A DNA stretch of 64,000 bases. It comes from Octopus sinensis (Eukaryota). Positions within the stretch are counted from its first letter, which is position 1, and each line of letters begins with the position of its first letter. The stretch is from contig NC_043019.1 in NCBI RefSeq assembly GCF_006345805.1, positions 15,685,360 to 15,749,359 on the forward strand. Reading direction: 5' to 3'. A program made the translations under genes and the position numbers. Shown one piece after another: positions 40,563-53,600 of this stretch. The notes under the pieces were generated by a model. It was not told where the DNA came from. It searched no databases and saw only the letters and a list, made by a program, of their open reading frames with translations.

Positions 40563-40969
40563 CATGGCCAGATTAAGACTCAAAGAGGCCCTAAGCACTT
40601 GAGAGATTTTGGTGCCCCCCATATATACATGTAATCCAAAATATAAACAACAACAAACCATAAAATAAATTTTTATTTTTCAAAAAGAAACAAAACAGCA
40701 AGATGGAAGAAAATGTTTATTTTTGTATATTTTTACTTTATTTATATTTGAAAAGTTTTCTTCTTGCTTTAATTGCAAAGTCATGGATCAGATCCTCATT
40801 ATGACACCATGAACACTTTGAAATTATATTTCCGATCATGTAACCCACTTCAACAAGTTTAAAGTGATTTCTTTTGTGCTGTAAACCATCTACCATTTCT
40901 ATGGTTTCCTCACTTCCTTTGATCCCCTGAATATTGTGCTTATTTTGCTCAATGGTTAATCCAGCACTG
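40563..40969 (-). mobile_element. hAT-derived non-autonomous element
   Basis: Termini CATGGCCAGATTA and revcomp CAGTGCTGGATTA, with a near 8-bp TSD (GTGTTGGT/GTGTTCAT). The interior encodes EDLIHDFAIKARRK, a hAT C-terminal dimerisation-like motif. Confidence 0.7.
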
Positions 40970-41109
40970 GTGTTCATGATAGTTGATAGTCGTACAATGT
41001 AATCCTTCTTGTGCTGGTGCCAAGAAAAAAATGCACTGAGCCCACTCTGTAAATTGATGGAATGGTCCTTGTGAGGGGATTTGGTAGATGGATACTGAAA
41101 GAAGCCTGC

Positions 41110-41147
<38 letters not shown>

Positions 41148-41536
41148 GTACCCGATTGGTACTTAATTTTTTTTTTTTCTCTTTTTACTCTGGACAAACA
41201 AACAAGCACAACGTCGACCGAATTTGAACTCAGAACATAAAGACTGACGAAATGCTGCTAAGTATTTCACCTGGCATGCTAACGATTCTGCCAGCTTGCT
41301 ACCTTTGTGATAATAATAATAATAATAATGATAACGGTTTCAAATTTTGCCACAAGGGCAGCAGTTTTGGGAGATGGGATGAGTCAATTACATCAACCCC
41401 AGTATGCAACTGGTACTTATTCTAGTTACTCTGAAAGGATGAACTTGATCTTGGCAGAACTCACAATGTAGTGATGGGCAAAATACCTCTAACAATTTCG
41501 TCCAGCGTACTAACGATTCTGCCAGCTCACTGCCTA

Positions 41537-41571
<35 letters not shown>

Positions 41572-42555
41572 CAACAACAATTTAAATAGGAATTTTTTAA
41601 AATCTAGTTTTTCACTGGAATTTACTTGAAGTTTAAATTTAAATTTCTCATTAAACGCCCCCTCAAATTTGGGTTTATGGAAAAATTGATTTTATGAATT
41701 AGTAATTTCATATCAAAAATATTCAATAAGTAAATAAAATAAAATAAAAAATAAAACAACCACAGGGTAAAAAAATAAATGTGTTAAAATTTCCATTTTC
41801 ATTTTACAAAATCTTAGAAATATTTTAAAATTCCAATCCATTTTCTATTTCTGTGTGTGTGCATGTGTGTGTGTGTGTATATATGTTCATGGCTGTATAT
41901 GTATGTATGTTTGTATGTATATATTTGTGTGTATATGTGTGATGTAGTGTGTGTGTATATATATGTGTGTATCTGTCTGTATTGTGTGGGTGATGTGTGT
42001 GTACATATATTTATGTGTGTGTGTGTTATGTATATGTAGTGCATATATATGTATTATGTGTATGTTTTTGTTTAAGAGGAAACTACTGAAGTTTTTTTTT
42101 ATTGAAACCTGACCCCAAAGCTAAACTTTGATAAAACAACTCTGGGACTCAGCAACCGACTCTGATAAACCCTATGAAAGGGTTCAGAAAGATGCTTAAC
42201 TCCCTACTAACACAAACATCCCTCTATACAGAAGTAATTATATTCCTTCGTTAGAGCACTCCCCTCCCTCTCCCCCTTTCATTTATTATTCTTTCATTAT
42301 CCTAATTTTTATTAGCTTTAGGCACTGAACTCTGGCCATTCTGCAGCATCACTTCCTTCACAGTTTTATTTGGGGATTGCTGCTTAACAAGAAAACCAAC
42401 TCATAAAATGTTGCAGGTTGTGTGGTGCTTTGCTACCACATACTTTCAGGTTCAATCCCACTGCTTGGTACCCTAAGCAATTGGCTTCCACTGTAGCCCC
42501 AGTTCAGCCAGTGGTTTGTGAGTAAATTTTTGTAGACAGAAACTGTGTTGAAGCC

Positions 42556-42590
<35 letters not shown>

Positions 42591-43370
42591 GGAGGAGGGG
42601 GTCCGCCTTCCACACCATCACTATTTGACAGTTGGTGTTGGTTTGTTTATGTCTCCATAACTGAGCAATTTAGTAAAAGTAATTGATAACAATAAGTACA
42701 ACACTTACAAAAACTGTAAGCATGCCCTTTAGCATTCAGATTCCTCTGTCAAAAGCAAGGCTTATTTATATTCGCATTCATCATCATCATCATCATTTAA
42801 CTTCTGCTTTCCATGCTGGCATGGGTTGGACGGTTTGACTGAGGACTGGCGAACCAGTAGAATCATATTTTGTCTCATAGCTTTGATATTTTCATGATGT
42901 GATTGTTTATTTTTAGAAGGACATTGTGGGGTAGGTGTGAGAGATTGGATAAAGGGTTAATTTAACACCTGTCTGGTTGATCACCACCCTACCACCACCA
43001 CCACCACCACCACCACCACTGCCAGCGCTGTCACCGATGCCTCCTCCTTTAGAGAACACTCTTATAAGCCTTCGGAGAAAGTCATTCGTCTGAGAATACC
43101 AGTATCCTCATCCCTTTCTCTCATCAGTCTTGGAGGTGTTTCAAAAATATGTCACCAGTATTGCCTCTCGCTTTCTGACTAAACTACAAAAAAGGCATGG
43201 CTGAGTGGTAAGAAGTTTGCTTCCCAACCACCTGGTTCTGAGTTCAGTCCCACTTTGGACAAGTGTCTTGTACTGTAGTCTGGCACCAACCAAAGCCTTC
43301 TGAATGGAAACTGAAAGAAGCCCTTTGTGTGTGTATTTATGTATATATATATATATATATATGTGTATAT

Positions 43371-43404
<34 letters not shown>

Positions 43405-44569
43405 ATACAAAAAAGGGGCAACACACATCCAGACAGATGATACAAAGAAAACAAGAATGGGTCATTCGGAGTTTTCTTTCTTCCCATCTCTGTGTGTGTC
43501 TGTCTTTGTTTGGTTCCCGTCCCAACTCCATCTTTTGTTAACCACTGTCGGTGTGTTTACATCCACATAACTTTAAAAAAAAAATGAGTTCTGGGGTTGA
43601 TTCACATGACTAAAACCCTTCAAAGTGACTGAGATGAGTGAAGAATGAAAGATTTTTGTAGTGGTGATGATGATGATGATGATGATAAGGTTTAAGCTGA
43701 GAGAACACTTAACTGTTATTTCATGAAACCTCCTAACTACAGGTAAATGCTCTCCACTTTACTCTCGGAATGTTACACAATGGAATCTGAAAACCTAGTT
43801 TTCAGCAAAAATAAAATAAATTCTCTTTTCGCTTCATACATGAGGACTTTGAATTAAGTTCCTGCTCTAATTATTTGGAAAACAATTTACATTTTTAATG
43901 AGTTATGTGGAAATTAAAAGGAAATTATATTTCTCAGATTACATACACACACACACAGACACTCACTCACACAGTCCTTTGAATACATACAAACATACAC
44001 ATTCCTATACATACAAGCTTATTCACACACACACACACACTCATTTACATACATCCTCAATTGCACATATCACTCTTCAACACACAAGTATTCACTTGAA
44101 CACACCTACTTACACATTCACACACTCACCACAATACACATGCTGTCTCACACGCACACACACACTCCCTCTAATAAAGGCACACACACTTATATTCTTT
44201 TATATTTATTTGCTTTCATTCTTCAGGCCATGGTCATGCTGCAGCATTGCTTTCAAAGACTGATTATATCACCCCTAATATTTTTTCCTGGTATCTATTT
44301 TATCAATTCCAGAATCTTTGGGAGTGGGTGATGGAGGCAATAATTTTATTTTGCTATCCATGACAATATTCTTACACACACACATGCACTTTCCATACAG
44401 CTTCCAACCTGGAACACTTCCCACATCAGTTGACCAGAGGTCACAGCTATTTCTACACCTTCCGACTACTTGTTAGTGGTTTTTAATACCACTGCCAAGT
44501 AGTAGCGATCTCACTAGAGGAATGTCCCAACTTTGTTTGCCCCAGATTGTTCTCCCCTATCTCTGCAGT

Positions 44570-44897
44570 CAGTGCCAGATTAAGACCCATAAAGGCCCAA
44601 AGCACTTAAACATTTTCAGTGACCCTATAATTCAAAATATAAACAATAATAAACCATAAAATGAATTTTCATTTTTCAAAATGAAATAAAATTAACAGTA
44701 AAAGGGAAAATAAAGTTTATTTTTGCATTCTTAGATTTTATTTATATTTGAAAACTTTTCTCCTCCCATTTTTTTCGCTTGCAATATTAATCTTACAAAG
44801 CACATCTGATAAATATGTTTACCATTTTTTGGTGCTGCCGCCTTCCCTTGATGCCCTAACCATGTGCTTATTTTGCTTAATGGCTAATCCAGCCCTG
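44570..44897 (-). mobile_element. Second copy of the same hAT-derived element
   Basis: Termini CAGTGCCAGATTA and revcomp CAGGGCTGGATTA. The interior aligns by eye to 40563-40969. No TSD was retained. Confidence 0.65.
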
Positions 44898-45550
44898 CCT
44901 TCTGTCACCCCCAAAGGATCAGATGCACTTGTAACTACTCCTGCCACACAGCAATTGTTTTGTTCTTCTACATTCTGGGGATTAGTTCTTTGCTCTCAGC
45001 TTTAGTCTTTCCCTTTCATATATATCTGTTCTTATCCAGGCATGGCTGTGTAGTTACGAAGCTTGCCGCCTGACTATATGGTTCTAGGTTCAGTTCTACA
45101 ATGTTGACCCTTGGCCAAGTGTCTTCTGTGATACCCCTGGATTCACCAATGCCTTGTGAGTGACTTTGGCAGATGGAAACTGAACGAAGCTTGTCATATA
45201 TATATGTGTGTGTGTGTGTGTGTGCAGGTGGGAGTTGGTGTCTCCTCACTGTCATTTAGCTGTGTCCTGTGCTTCAACCCTTCCATGAGAAACATGTCTT
45301 GCCATGGGGAAAATATTAACTTGTTTGGAAACAGGAGAAGGTTGGCAGCAGGAAGAGCATCCAGCTATAGAAAATCTGCCTCAACAAATTCCAGTGATTA
45401 ATGACGATTATGAAGTGTTTTTTTTTTTTCCTTTTTCCAGCTCAGGACTCACTGTTTTGCTGTTCTTCTTAAGTCCAATGTGAACCAGAAATTACTAGAT
45501 CTAGCCACACCCCACAACATCCTATATCTACAAAAAAAAAAAAATTATGC

Positions 45551-45828
45551 CACGGGTTCTCAACTAGGGTCTATATAAGATTCTTGAGGGTCCACAGATG
45601 CAGTAGAGTAAATTGAGGGTCCATGGTTATTTTTCAGACCAGTAAAGTTTACATGCAATAAATTGAGTTTATGTCCAAAATACACAAAATAGTTTAACAA
45701 TTTTTATAATAATATTTAATTCTAAAAATACAAAAGGATTTTTTTAAACATTGAATGACTGTGAGGATCCACCCAAGTACAAGCAGGAACCAAAGGGGTC
45801 CATAGGTAAAAATTGGTTGTGAACCCTG
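45551..45828. mobile_element. hAT/Charlie-like MITE
   Basis: Termini CACGGGTTCTCAAC and revcomp CAGGGTTCACAAC. A related fragment lies near 52930-53035. Confidence 0.5.
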
Positions 45829-46202
45829 AATACTCTGCCGTCTTCATGCCCCACACAATTCTCAAAGCCTTTTACATTTTAGTGTCTCCTTTTCATGGAC
45901 CCACTCTATATTGCTGTTACACAGCAACATTGATTCAACAATTTGAGCAATTTTTTTTTTTGTTTTATTTTGGTGTGGTTGTCATCAAATCTGACGATGC
46001 TATAGGTCAGGGCATTTGCATTATTACTGGAGAAAGGCTTGGGAACATAGCTTTTTTTTTCAAATCTGTTTGCATTCTGCAGTCATTAGTAACATTCAGA
46101 AATCTGGGTATCAGTCTTTCTTTGTTATACTCTTGTGGAGAAATAGCGACATTCCAAAAACGATGAACTCTGATGCTTTTATATATATGTATATATATAT
46201 AT

Positions 46203-46575
46203 AGGTGCAGGAGTGGATGTGTGGTAAGAAGCTTGCTTCCCAACCTAATGGTTCTGGGTTCAGTCCCACTGCATGGCACCTTGGGCAAGTGTTTTCTACT
46301 ATAGCCTTGGGCCAACCAAAGCCTTGTGAGTGGATATGGTAGACGGAAACTGAAAGAAGCCTGTCAAATATGTGTATGTGTTTGTATTAGTGTATCTGTG
46401 TTTGTCCTCCCACCATTGCTTGACAACTGATGTTAGTGTATTTACGTCCCTGTAAAAGAGACCGACAGAATAAGTTACAAGGCTTACAAAGGATAATTCC
46501 TGGGATCGATTTGTTCACCTGAATGCAGTGCTCCAGCATGGTCGCAGTCAAATGATTGAAACAAGTAAAAGAATA
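46203..46575 (+). mobile_element. Family B SINE, near full length
   Basis: Colinear with 50237-50640. Confidence 0.85.
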
Positions 46576-47034
46576 AAGGAATATATATATAGAGATTTAC
46601 ACACAAATTTTCCTTTATTTATTCATTTACTTATTGAATGACATAAGAGGCAAACTATTTGAAAAGTATAAATTATCCCCGTGACATTCTAAGCATTTTC
46701 ATAATTTGTTCTAGAACTATCCAGGGAAATATTATTATCACCTGTTATATAAATTCTCATCTCTTTGATCTGTAACTTGTTCAATAGATGCCAAAGAATG
46801 AAAGTCTCAGACCTTGAGTCACTCTGTTGCTTCTGCTAAATATTAATACACACACATTTGGGAAATGGGTGCACTTTTACCGTTTGGGTCGTGGCTTTTA
46901 TTAGTAATCAGCATTTGTAATGTGACATCGTTAATTAATTACCAAATTCAGAAACATATGTAATAAAGGAATGCCACATTCATGCCAATGTTTTCTATTG
47001 TTATATGTGTGTGGTGTGTGTGTGTGTGTATCTT

Positions 47035-47410
47035 TTATCTTGTTTCAGTCATTTGACTGTGGCCATGCTGAAGCACTGCCTTAAAGGGTTTTAGTCAAAC
47101 AAGTCGACCCTAGGAAGTATTTTTTATAAACCTAGGACTCCATTTCTTTTGCCAAACTGTTAAGTTACAGGGACATAAAGACACCAACACCTGTTGTCAA
47201 GCAATGGTGGTGGGAGGAAAAACACACACACACATATATATATACACACACACATGATGGCCTTCTTACAGTTTCTACCAAATCCACTCACAATGCTTTG
47301 GTCAGCCTCAGGCTATAGTGGAAGACACTTGCCTAAAGGATACATGTGGGACTGAACCTGCAACCATGTGGTTGGGAAGCAATCTCCTTACCACACAGCC
47401 ATGCCTGCAC
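47035..47410 (-). mobile_element. Family B SINE, antisense copy
   Basis: Reverse complement of the family B body. Similar antisense copies lie at about 11840-12215, 27985-28330, 31265-31650 and 33365-33735. Confidence 0.8.
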
Positions 47411-48207
47411 CTGTGTGTATCTATGTATTTATGTAAAAGTCTGATCAACACAGGATGCTGTTTATACCCTTTGTTCCCTATGCATGCTAACCCCATCACT
47501 TCACTGGAAGTAGGCTGGGTGTTAGTACTTTACATGGAGTTCTAAATTCAATGGTAGCAGTCATTCCTCTAATTGTACACACAGGAACCACCACTACTAC
47601 TACTACTACTGGTGTGTGTGACGGGGGGGGGTATATTGTGTTGTATTTTTCAAATTTCTCACTGATGGAGGAAAAGCTGGTTTCTAATCTAGAAACCTGA
47701 CTCTTTCATTGGAATTTAAACAACATAAATCAGGGTTGTCTTTTATGTATGTATACATCTATGTTTACATGTACATGTGTATGTACAAATGTATCCTGGG
47801 GTACAGGCATGGATAGCTTTGCTTATGTTTGTATTTATTTATTTATGTGTGTGTGTGTGTGTGTGTATAAATGCATGTGTAGGTATGTGAGTGAAGGTAC
47901 GTGGATCAGTGGTTAGGGCATTTGGCTCACAGACATAAGGCTGTGAGTTCGATTCCTCGAGCAAGGCGCTTTATTTCATGCTCCTCCAATCCACTCAGCT
48001 GGTAAAACTGAAGTGTACCTGTAACTCAAAGGGACAGCCCTGTCACATTCCGAGTGACGTTGATTCTGCCTGAGAACTACATTAAGGGTGTACATGTCTG
48101 TGGAGTACTCAGCCGCTTGCACGTTAACTTTACAAGCAGGATGTCCCATCGATTGGATCAACTAGAACCGTCATTGTTGTAACCAATGAAATGCCAGTTA
48201 TATATAA

Positions 48208-48410
48208 ATGAGAGGTTGCTGAAAAGTTCCTGAAAAGGAGGATCACTTAATTACGATTTTATCCAACATATTCCCTTCTCAGATTCACACACTTATTGCA
48301 GCGGTCCTTCAGTTTTTTCTAAGCCTTGTAAAAGAACTCGGAAGGTTGCGCCTCCAACCAGGCCCTTTATGATATCCTTAAAACCAAGAACCTTTCAGCA
48401 CCTCCTCATG
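48208..48410. mobile_element. Mariner-type MITE
   Basis: Inverted termini ATGAGAGGTTGCTGAAAAGTTCC and revcomp ATGAGGAGGTGCTGAAAGGTTCT, about 200 bp apart. Confidence 0.65.
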
Positions 48411-48945
48411 TGTGTATATGTGTATATATATTTTCTACATCCAGTAGGCTTTTGCTTATCCAATTGCCTTTGTGAGGCATTAGTTGACAAGAAGAAACTT
48501 ACCCAAGTATTGTGCTGTGGGATTAAGTCCCGAAATATGTTTTAGCAAACTCTAAACTTCTTAACCAGATGGGACCCACCCAACTTCATTATTTGCACAA
48601 CAATCTGCTCAAAAGAAGCTTTACCTTATTATCCCTCCAAGCTCAAAGTAAACAGTGTGTCCCATCCATCCATCCTCTCTCTCTCTCTCTCTCCTAAATC
48701 AATTTACAATTATTTCCTCCCAGCTTTGACTTCCTTATTTTTTAATAACTTCCAGAATTTCTAAAAATAACATTGTGTAAATTTCAGGCTAAAAAATCCG
48801 TCAAGAAGAAGTCTATCGGCATGTGGTTCCGTATTCTGATATTGGCAAAGGAAAAAAGAATAAAGTAAAAGAAAATAAAATAAATAAATGAAAAAATGCA
48901 TAAGCAAATGTTTAAGAAAATATTTCAATTATTTATGTTTTGTAG

Positions 48946-49028
48946 GGCAATGGCTGGAGGGAAGAGTGTGTCAGAGAATTACGCTTTTGCAGGAATGCAT
49001 CATATTTTTGATCAACATGCTGCTTCTG
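48946..49028 (+). CDS. WDR13: Internal coding exon of WD repeat-containing protein 13 homologue
   Basis: Acceptor ttatgttttgtag|G and donor TCTG|gtgagt. The 83 nt read (R)[27 protein letters not shown], which I recognise as the conserved WDR13 segment [25 protein letters not shown] (human sequence recalled, not searched). Phase 2 in, phase 1 out. Confidence 0.88.
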
Positions 49029-49309
49029 GTGAGTTTCAAACATTTCATTCTACATCATATTCCTGTCAAAGACTTCCAAGATCTTCTTCTTCTTCCATCA
49101 TGTATTTTGGTAAACTCAACAGCTTTGTCAATCGCAGGTTTCTAATGGACCGATTACTGGTTTGCTATTTTGTGATGAGGGTGGGGGCAGAAGAGGACCA
49201 GAGGATTGTTTGTGTAACTCGGGCAGAGTAAATATCACACAAGGTATTATTATTGTTTTGTTTTTGTTTGTTTGACACATTGGTTTATGGAAAATTTTCT
49301 TATCGATGT

Positions 49310-49525
49310 GCCTGATGATGATGATGCACACATCATCATCATCATCTTCTTCATTGTCATCATCATCATTGTGCTTGTTGTCATCATTATCATCACCATC
49401 ATCATCTTCTGCCTCCTCCTCATCACTTCCTTCATCATCTTCATTGTCATCACCACCACTACCACCATCATCATCATCATTGTCGTCCTTGTCATTATCA
49501 CCACCATCATCTTCCTCATCATCAA
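49310..49525. repeat. Imperfect (CAT)n tract, expanded tail of an antisense family C SINE
   Basis: Trinucleotide tract directly abutting TTTTCCATACTTGCATGGGTTGG, the SINE C 3' end. Confidence 0.85.
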
Positions 49526-50236
49526 TCTGTTTTTCCATACTTGCATGGGTTGGAAGGTATTTCTCCTCACAGCATCACACACCATTTTCTCATGTTCTTG
49601 TGGCTCCTCTGTCATTTCCTCCACCCTCTTCTCACTCTGGCTCCTATAACTTTTGGAACAGATACCCCCCCCCTCACCGAAAGTGGCAATTAACTCTAGG
49701 GAGCCAGCTTTCTAAATATCGAAATTAGACAATTAGAATGATTGGTATAAAATATTAATGATTGGCAACACGATATATCTAGAAGGTACCTGGTTTTGTG
49801 TGAAATTTTGAATGATATATTTATCTTTCACTCATTGGACTGTAGCCTTGCTGGGGCATTCGAGGATTTCGTCAAACAAGTCAACCTCAGCACTTACTTT
49901 TAAGTCTGGTGCTTATTCAATCAGTCTCTCTTGCAGAACCTCTAAGTTACAGGGCCATAAACAAACCAACACTTGTTGGTGATGGTGACAAACACAAACA
50001 TACAGACATATATCCTACTCAGTTAACGGGTCTTAACTTGTGGGTACTTGGTAACCTCACCAGCACTATTACCACATAGAAAGCACCCTGTACACTCTGT
50101 TAAGTTGTTGGCATTAGGAAAGGCATCCGTCTGTAGAAACTATGCCAAAGCAGATACAGAACCTGGCGGAGCCCTCTTGTTCAGCATGGAAAAAAGAATG
50201 GTAAACAATAATGAAGAATGCTAAACAATAATGAAG

Positions 50237-50403
50237 AGTGGCTGTGTGGTAAGTAGCTTGCTAACCAACCACATGGTTGCGGGTTCAGTCCCACTGCGTG
50301 GCATCTTGGGCAAGTGTCTTCTGCTATAGACCCGGGCCGACCAATGCCTTGTGAGTGGATTTGGTAGACGGAAACTGAAAGAAGCCTGTCGTATATATGT
50401 ATG

Positions 50404-50434
<31 letters not shown>

Positions 50435-50640
50435 TTGTGTGTCTGTGTTTGTCCCCCTAGCATTGCTTGACAACCGATGCTGGTGTGTTTACGTCCCCGT
50501 CACTTAGCAGTTCGGCAAAAGAGACCGATAGAATAAGTACTGGGCTTACAAAGAATAAGTCCCGGGGTCCATTTGATCGACTAAAGGCGGTGCTCCAGCA
50601 TGGCCGCAGTCAAATGACTGAAACAAGTAAAAAAGTAAAA
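50237..50640 (+). mobile_element. Family B tRNA-derived SINE, near full length
   Basis: Head GGCTGTGTGGTAAG...GGTTCAGTCCC (Pol III A/B-box-like), CORE-like TGGGCAAGTGTCTT, internal (TA/TG)n and tail GCAGTCAAATGACTGAAACAAGTAAAA. More than 20 related copies or fragments occur on both strands. Confidence 0.85.
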
Positions 50641-53600
50641 AAAAATTATAGGATTCCACACAGTTTCCATTCACTAAATTCGCTCACAAGGCTTTGGTTT
50701 TTAACAAAAGACACTTGCTCAAAGTGCCACACAGTAGGACTAAACCCAAAACCAACCTGAGTTGCTTCACCTCACACCCATGCCAGCACCCGTGAGCCAT
50801 GTTTGTAAATTTATTGTTTAAATCCCACCTAAAACGAAATCAACAACACTTAACCGAATTATGAATTAATCACCAACCAACACTTGAAACTCAGTTGCAC
50901 AAGGAAAACCATGAGTTGTCATGTGATTATCTCACACCAATTAATTAATTCCTTTTGTTCAGGTCTTCATTATTTTATTATCTCCACAAGTGTGATAGGT
51001 GCTTTGGGTCTCTCATGTTCAGTTATTAACTTCAATATATAAACAATTGACGATAATGAAAAAAAAAAATAATCAAAAAGACAAAAAAAAAAACCCAACC
51101 AAAATCAAAGGACAAAAAAGTTCTTTCATTTTTATTAATAATTATTGCTGATTAGATATGAATCTAATTCAGTTTCATTTAGTTGTTGAATATTAACGAT
51201 TATTAATTCATTCACTTTCTGAGTTGTTTATGGAAATCTATCTTATTTTCTGATACTGACTTGTGGGCTAAGCAACACCACGACCATCAACAACAACAAC
51301 AATGACACTGATAAAACGTTTCAGAATCAAAAGAATCCCCCATCATTGTCACCATCACCGTTTTAATGTTAACTTTTCTGTGCTTGAATGAGTGGGGCAG
51401 ATTTTGCTATGATCAGATGGCTTTCTTGTCATCTCCATTCACTTGTTTCCATGTAAGGTAATATTTCCAATTGGCTGAATATGTTTTCACAGAAAACTGG
51501 AAACAAACGACACCACCTGTATAAGGGCGACTTCATTTATGACTATTATGTGATGTGAAGACAAGGAAACACTAAAACAGACAGACATACACACGTGTGT
51601 GTGTGTGTGTGTGTGTATACATACACATTATCATCATCATCATCATCGTTATTTAACATCTGTTTTCCATGTTGGCATGGGTTAGATGGTTTGACAGGAT
51701 CCATCAAGCTGCAGGGCTGTGCTGATTTTCAGTGACAACTCTAGCGTGATTTCTATGATAGGATGTCCTTCCTAATGCCAACCATATTACAGTGTGTACT
51801 GGGTACTTTTTCTAGTGAGGTTGTGGAGTAACTTGTAAAATAGTGAAAGAACAGGAAAAGGGAAAATGGAAAAGCTCCTACAACTAAGAGTGTGGGCTCC
51901 ATCTATCTCTCAACGCTTAGGTTCTGCTGATACTCTAAGAGTCACATCTGACAAACCACATGCATAGATCTTTGCGTTGCAAAATTTTCTGGATGGCTAA
52001 TCATTTGCTGTTTTCAGATCAGCCAAATGCAAATCAATTCTGTAAATGTTTCCCCAGCACACTGCAACAAGAGAGCTTGCAAGTAAAAATACAATAAAAG
52101 AAAACCCAGAAACATCTTTGTTTAGTAATTAAAAAAAAAAAATCTTAAGTACGTTGAAGTTAAAACAAGATCGAAAGCAGCTTAACAAATGACTGTTTTA
52201 AAAGAAAGAAACTCAATTAGATATATATATATTACCTTTTTTCTGTTTGTAATTAAAGCAATTGTTGGAGTATAAAACTGAAGTGAATGTAATATGAAAG
52301 GTTTTATTAAATGAAATGAAAATTATATTGTAAAAGGATTGCAAAAGTTTATCGCAAAAAAATTTATTCAAGAAACTTTGTGTAATCTAAATCCAAAATT
52401 TATCTATTTATTATTAATGACCAGCAGTAGATCCATTCCACACAATCCACCATTGCTGTAGATCTTTGGGGAATATCAGAATTGGTTAATCAAAGTTGGA
52501 TAAACAGAAACTATGCAGATACCTGGAGAACGTGTGTGTGTGTGTTGTTCTTAGAAATAGAATTGCTTCTTCCAGATCCTTCTTCATAAAATCCTTTGAA
52601 TTTAATTTGACTGGTTTCATTCAGTGTCAGAAACAGTCAAATTTAATAATATGTGAAATAAGTCATTTTAAAATACATCACAATTTGTATGTGGTTGAAG
52701 TTGTGCTCTGTATATTTTCATTGACTCCCCCCTCTCTGGCTCCACCACCACCTACACCATCATCATCATTTAATGTTCATTTTTCTATGCTTGCATGGAT
52801 CAGATGGAATATGCTGAGGCTACACTCTCAGGTCTTTTGGATGAAGTTTTCAGAAACAACCCAACAGGTTCACCATTAATTCCATGAAATATTCAACGGT
52901 CCTGCTAGTTTAATTATAAAAATATAAAAGAGGGTTTTTAATCCTCAAATGGCTATGAGAGTTCACCCAAATAAAATAGGAATCAGAGTGGGGTCCACAG
53001 GAACAAAAAAATGGTTGAGAACCATTTATTAAGAACCTTTCTGACTTGATGTTTAGCAAAAGGATATTTTCTTTTCCACTCTTTCCTTCCTTCAGAATGT
53101 CTTTTGTCTCTGAGCTCTCTCGTTCCAAAGTTACTAACCTCTAATTTATATTGAGTGATATATTTGTTGCTAGGGGAAAGACGGAGTATTTACAACCGTC
53201 TCTCACTACCTCTCATACACTCTTGCAACCTCCACCCATTCACACTTTTGTTTCATCAGTCTTCACTTCAAACCTTGAGGATCCACCTAAACACCTCATC
53301 ACCAGTATTTTTCATCTTTCGAGCCTCACCCAGTCACTCCCACCTCCTCTTCTTCACCCTTTAGTATTTAAACTGGTCATATCTGGCCAAAATTCCACAT
53401 CTGGCCTCTCACACCTACTCTACAATGTCATTCTAAAAATATAATGATCACATTGTCGTAATTTTTAAGCAACACGATAATGCATAATTAATTCAAAACA
53501 ATGTGAATGACTAAGCATCGTGCCACCTGACTGGCTCTCGTGCCGGTGGCACATAAAAAGCACCATTCAAGCGTGGTCGATGCCAGTACTGCCTGAGTAG

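Noticed and set aside
47895-47965. tRNA-like A/B boxes here and at other SINE heads
   Set aside because: They continue into SINE bodies and do not form complete cloverleaves, so they are not tRNA genes.
48788-48830. Possible small WDR13 exon (SRRSLSACGS) just upstream of the real exon
   Set aside because: Only weak donors, phase incompatible with the phase-2 acceptor at 48946, and the frame runs into a stop.
49128-49728. Acidic, poly-Ser, poly-Ile and poly-Met ORFs
   Set aside because: All frames of a (CAT)n SINE tail; no splice or homology support.
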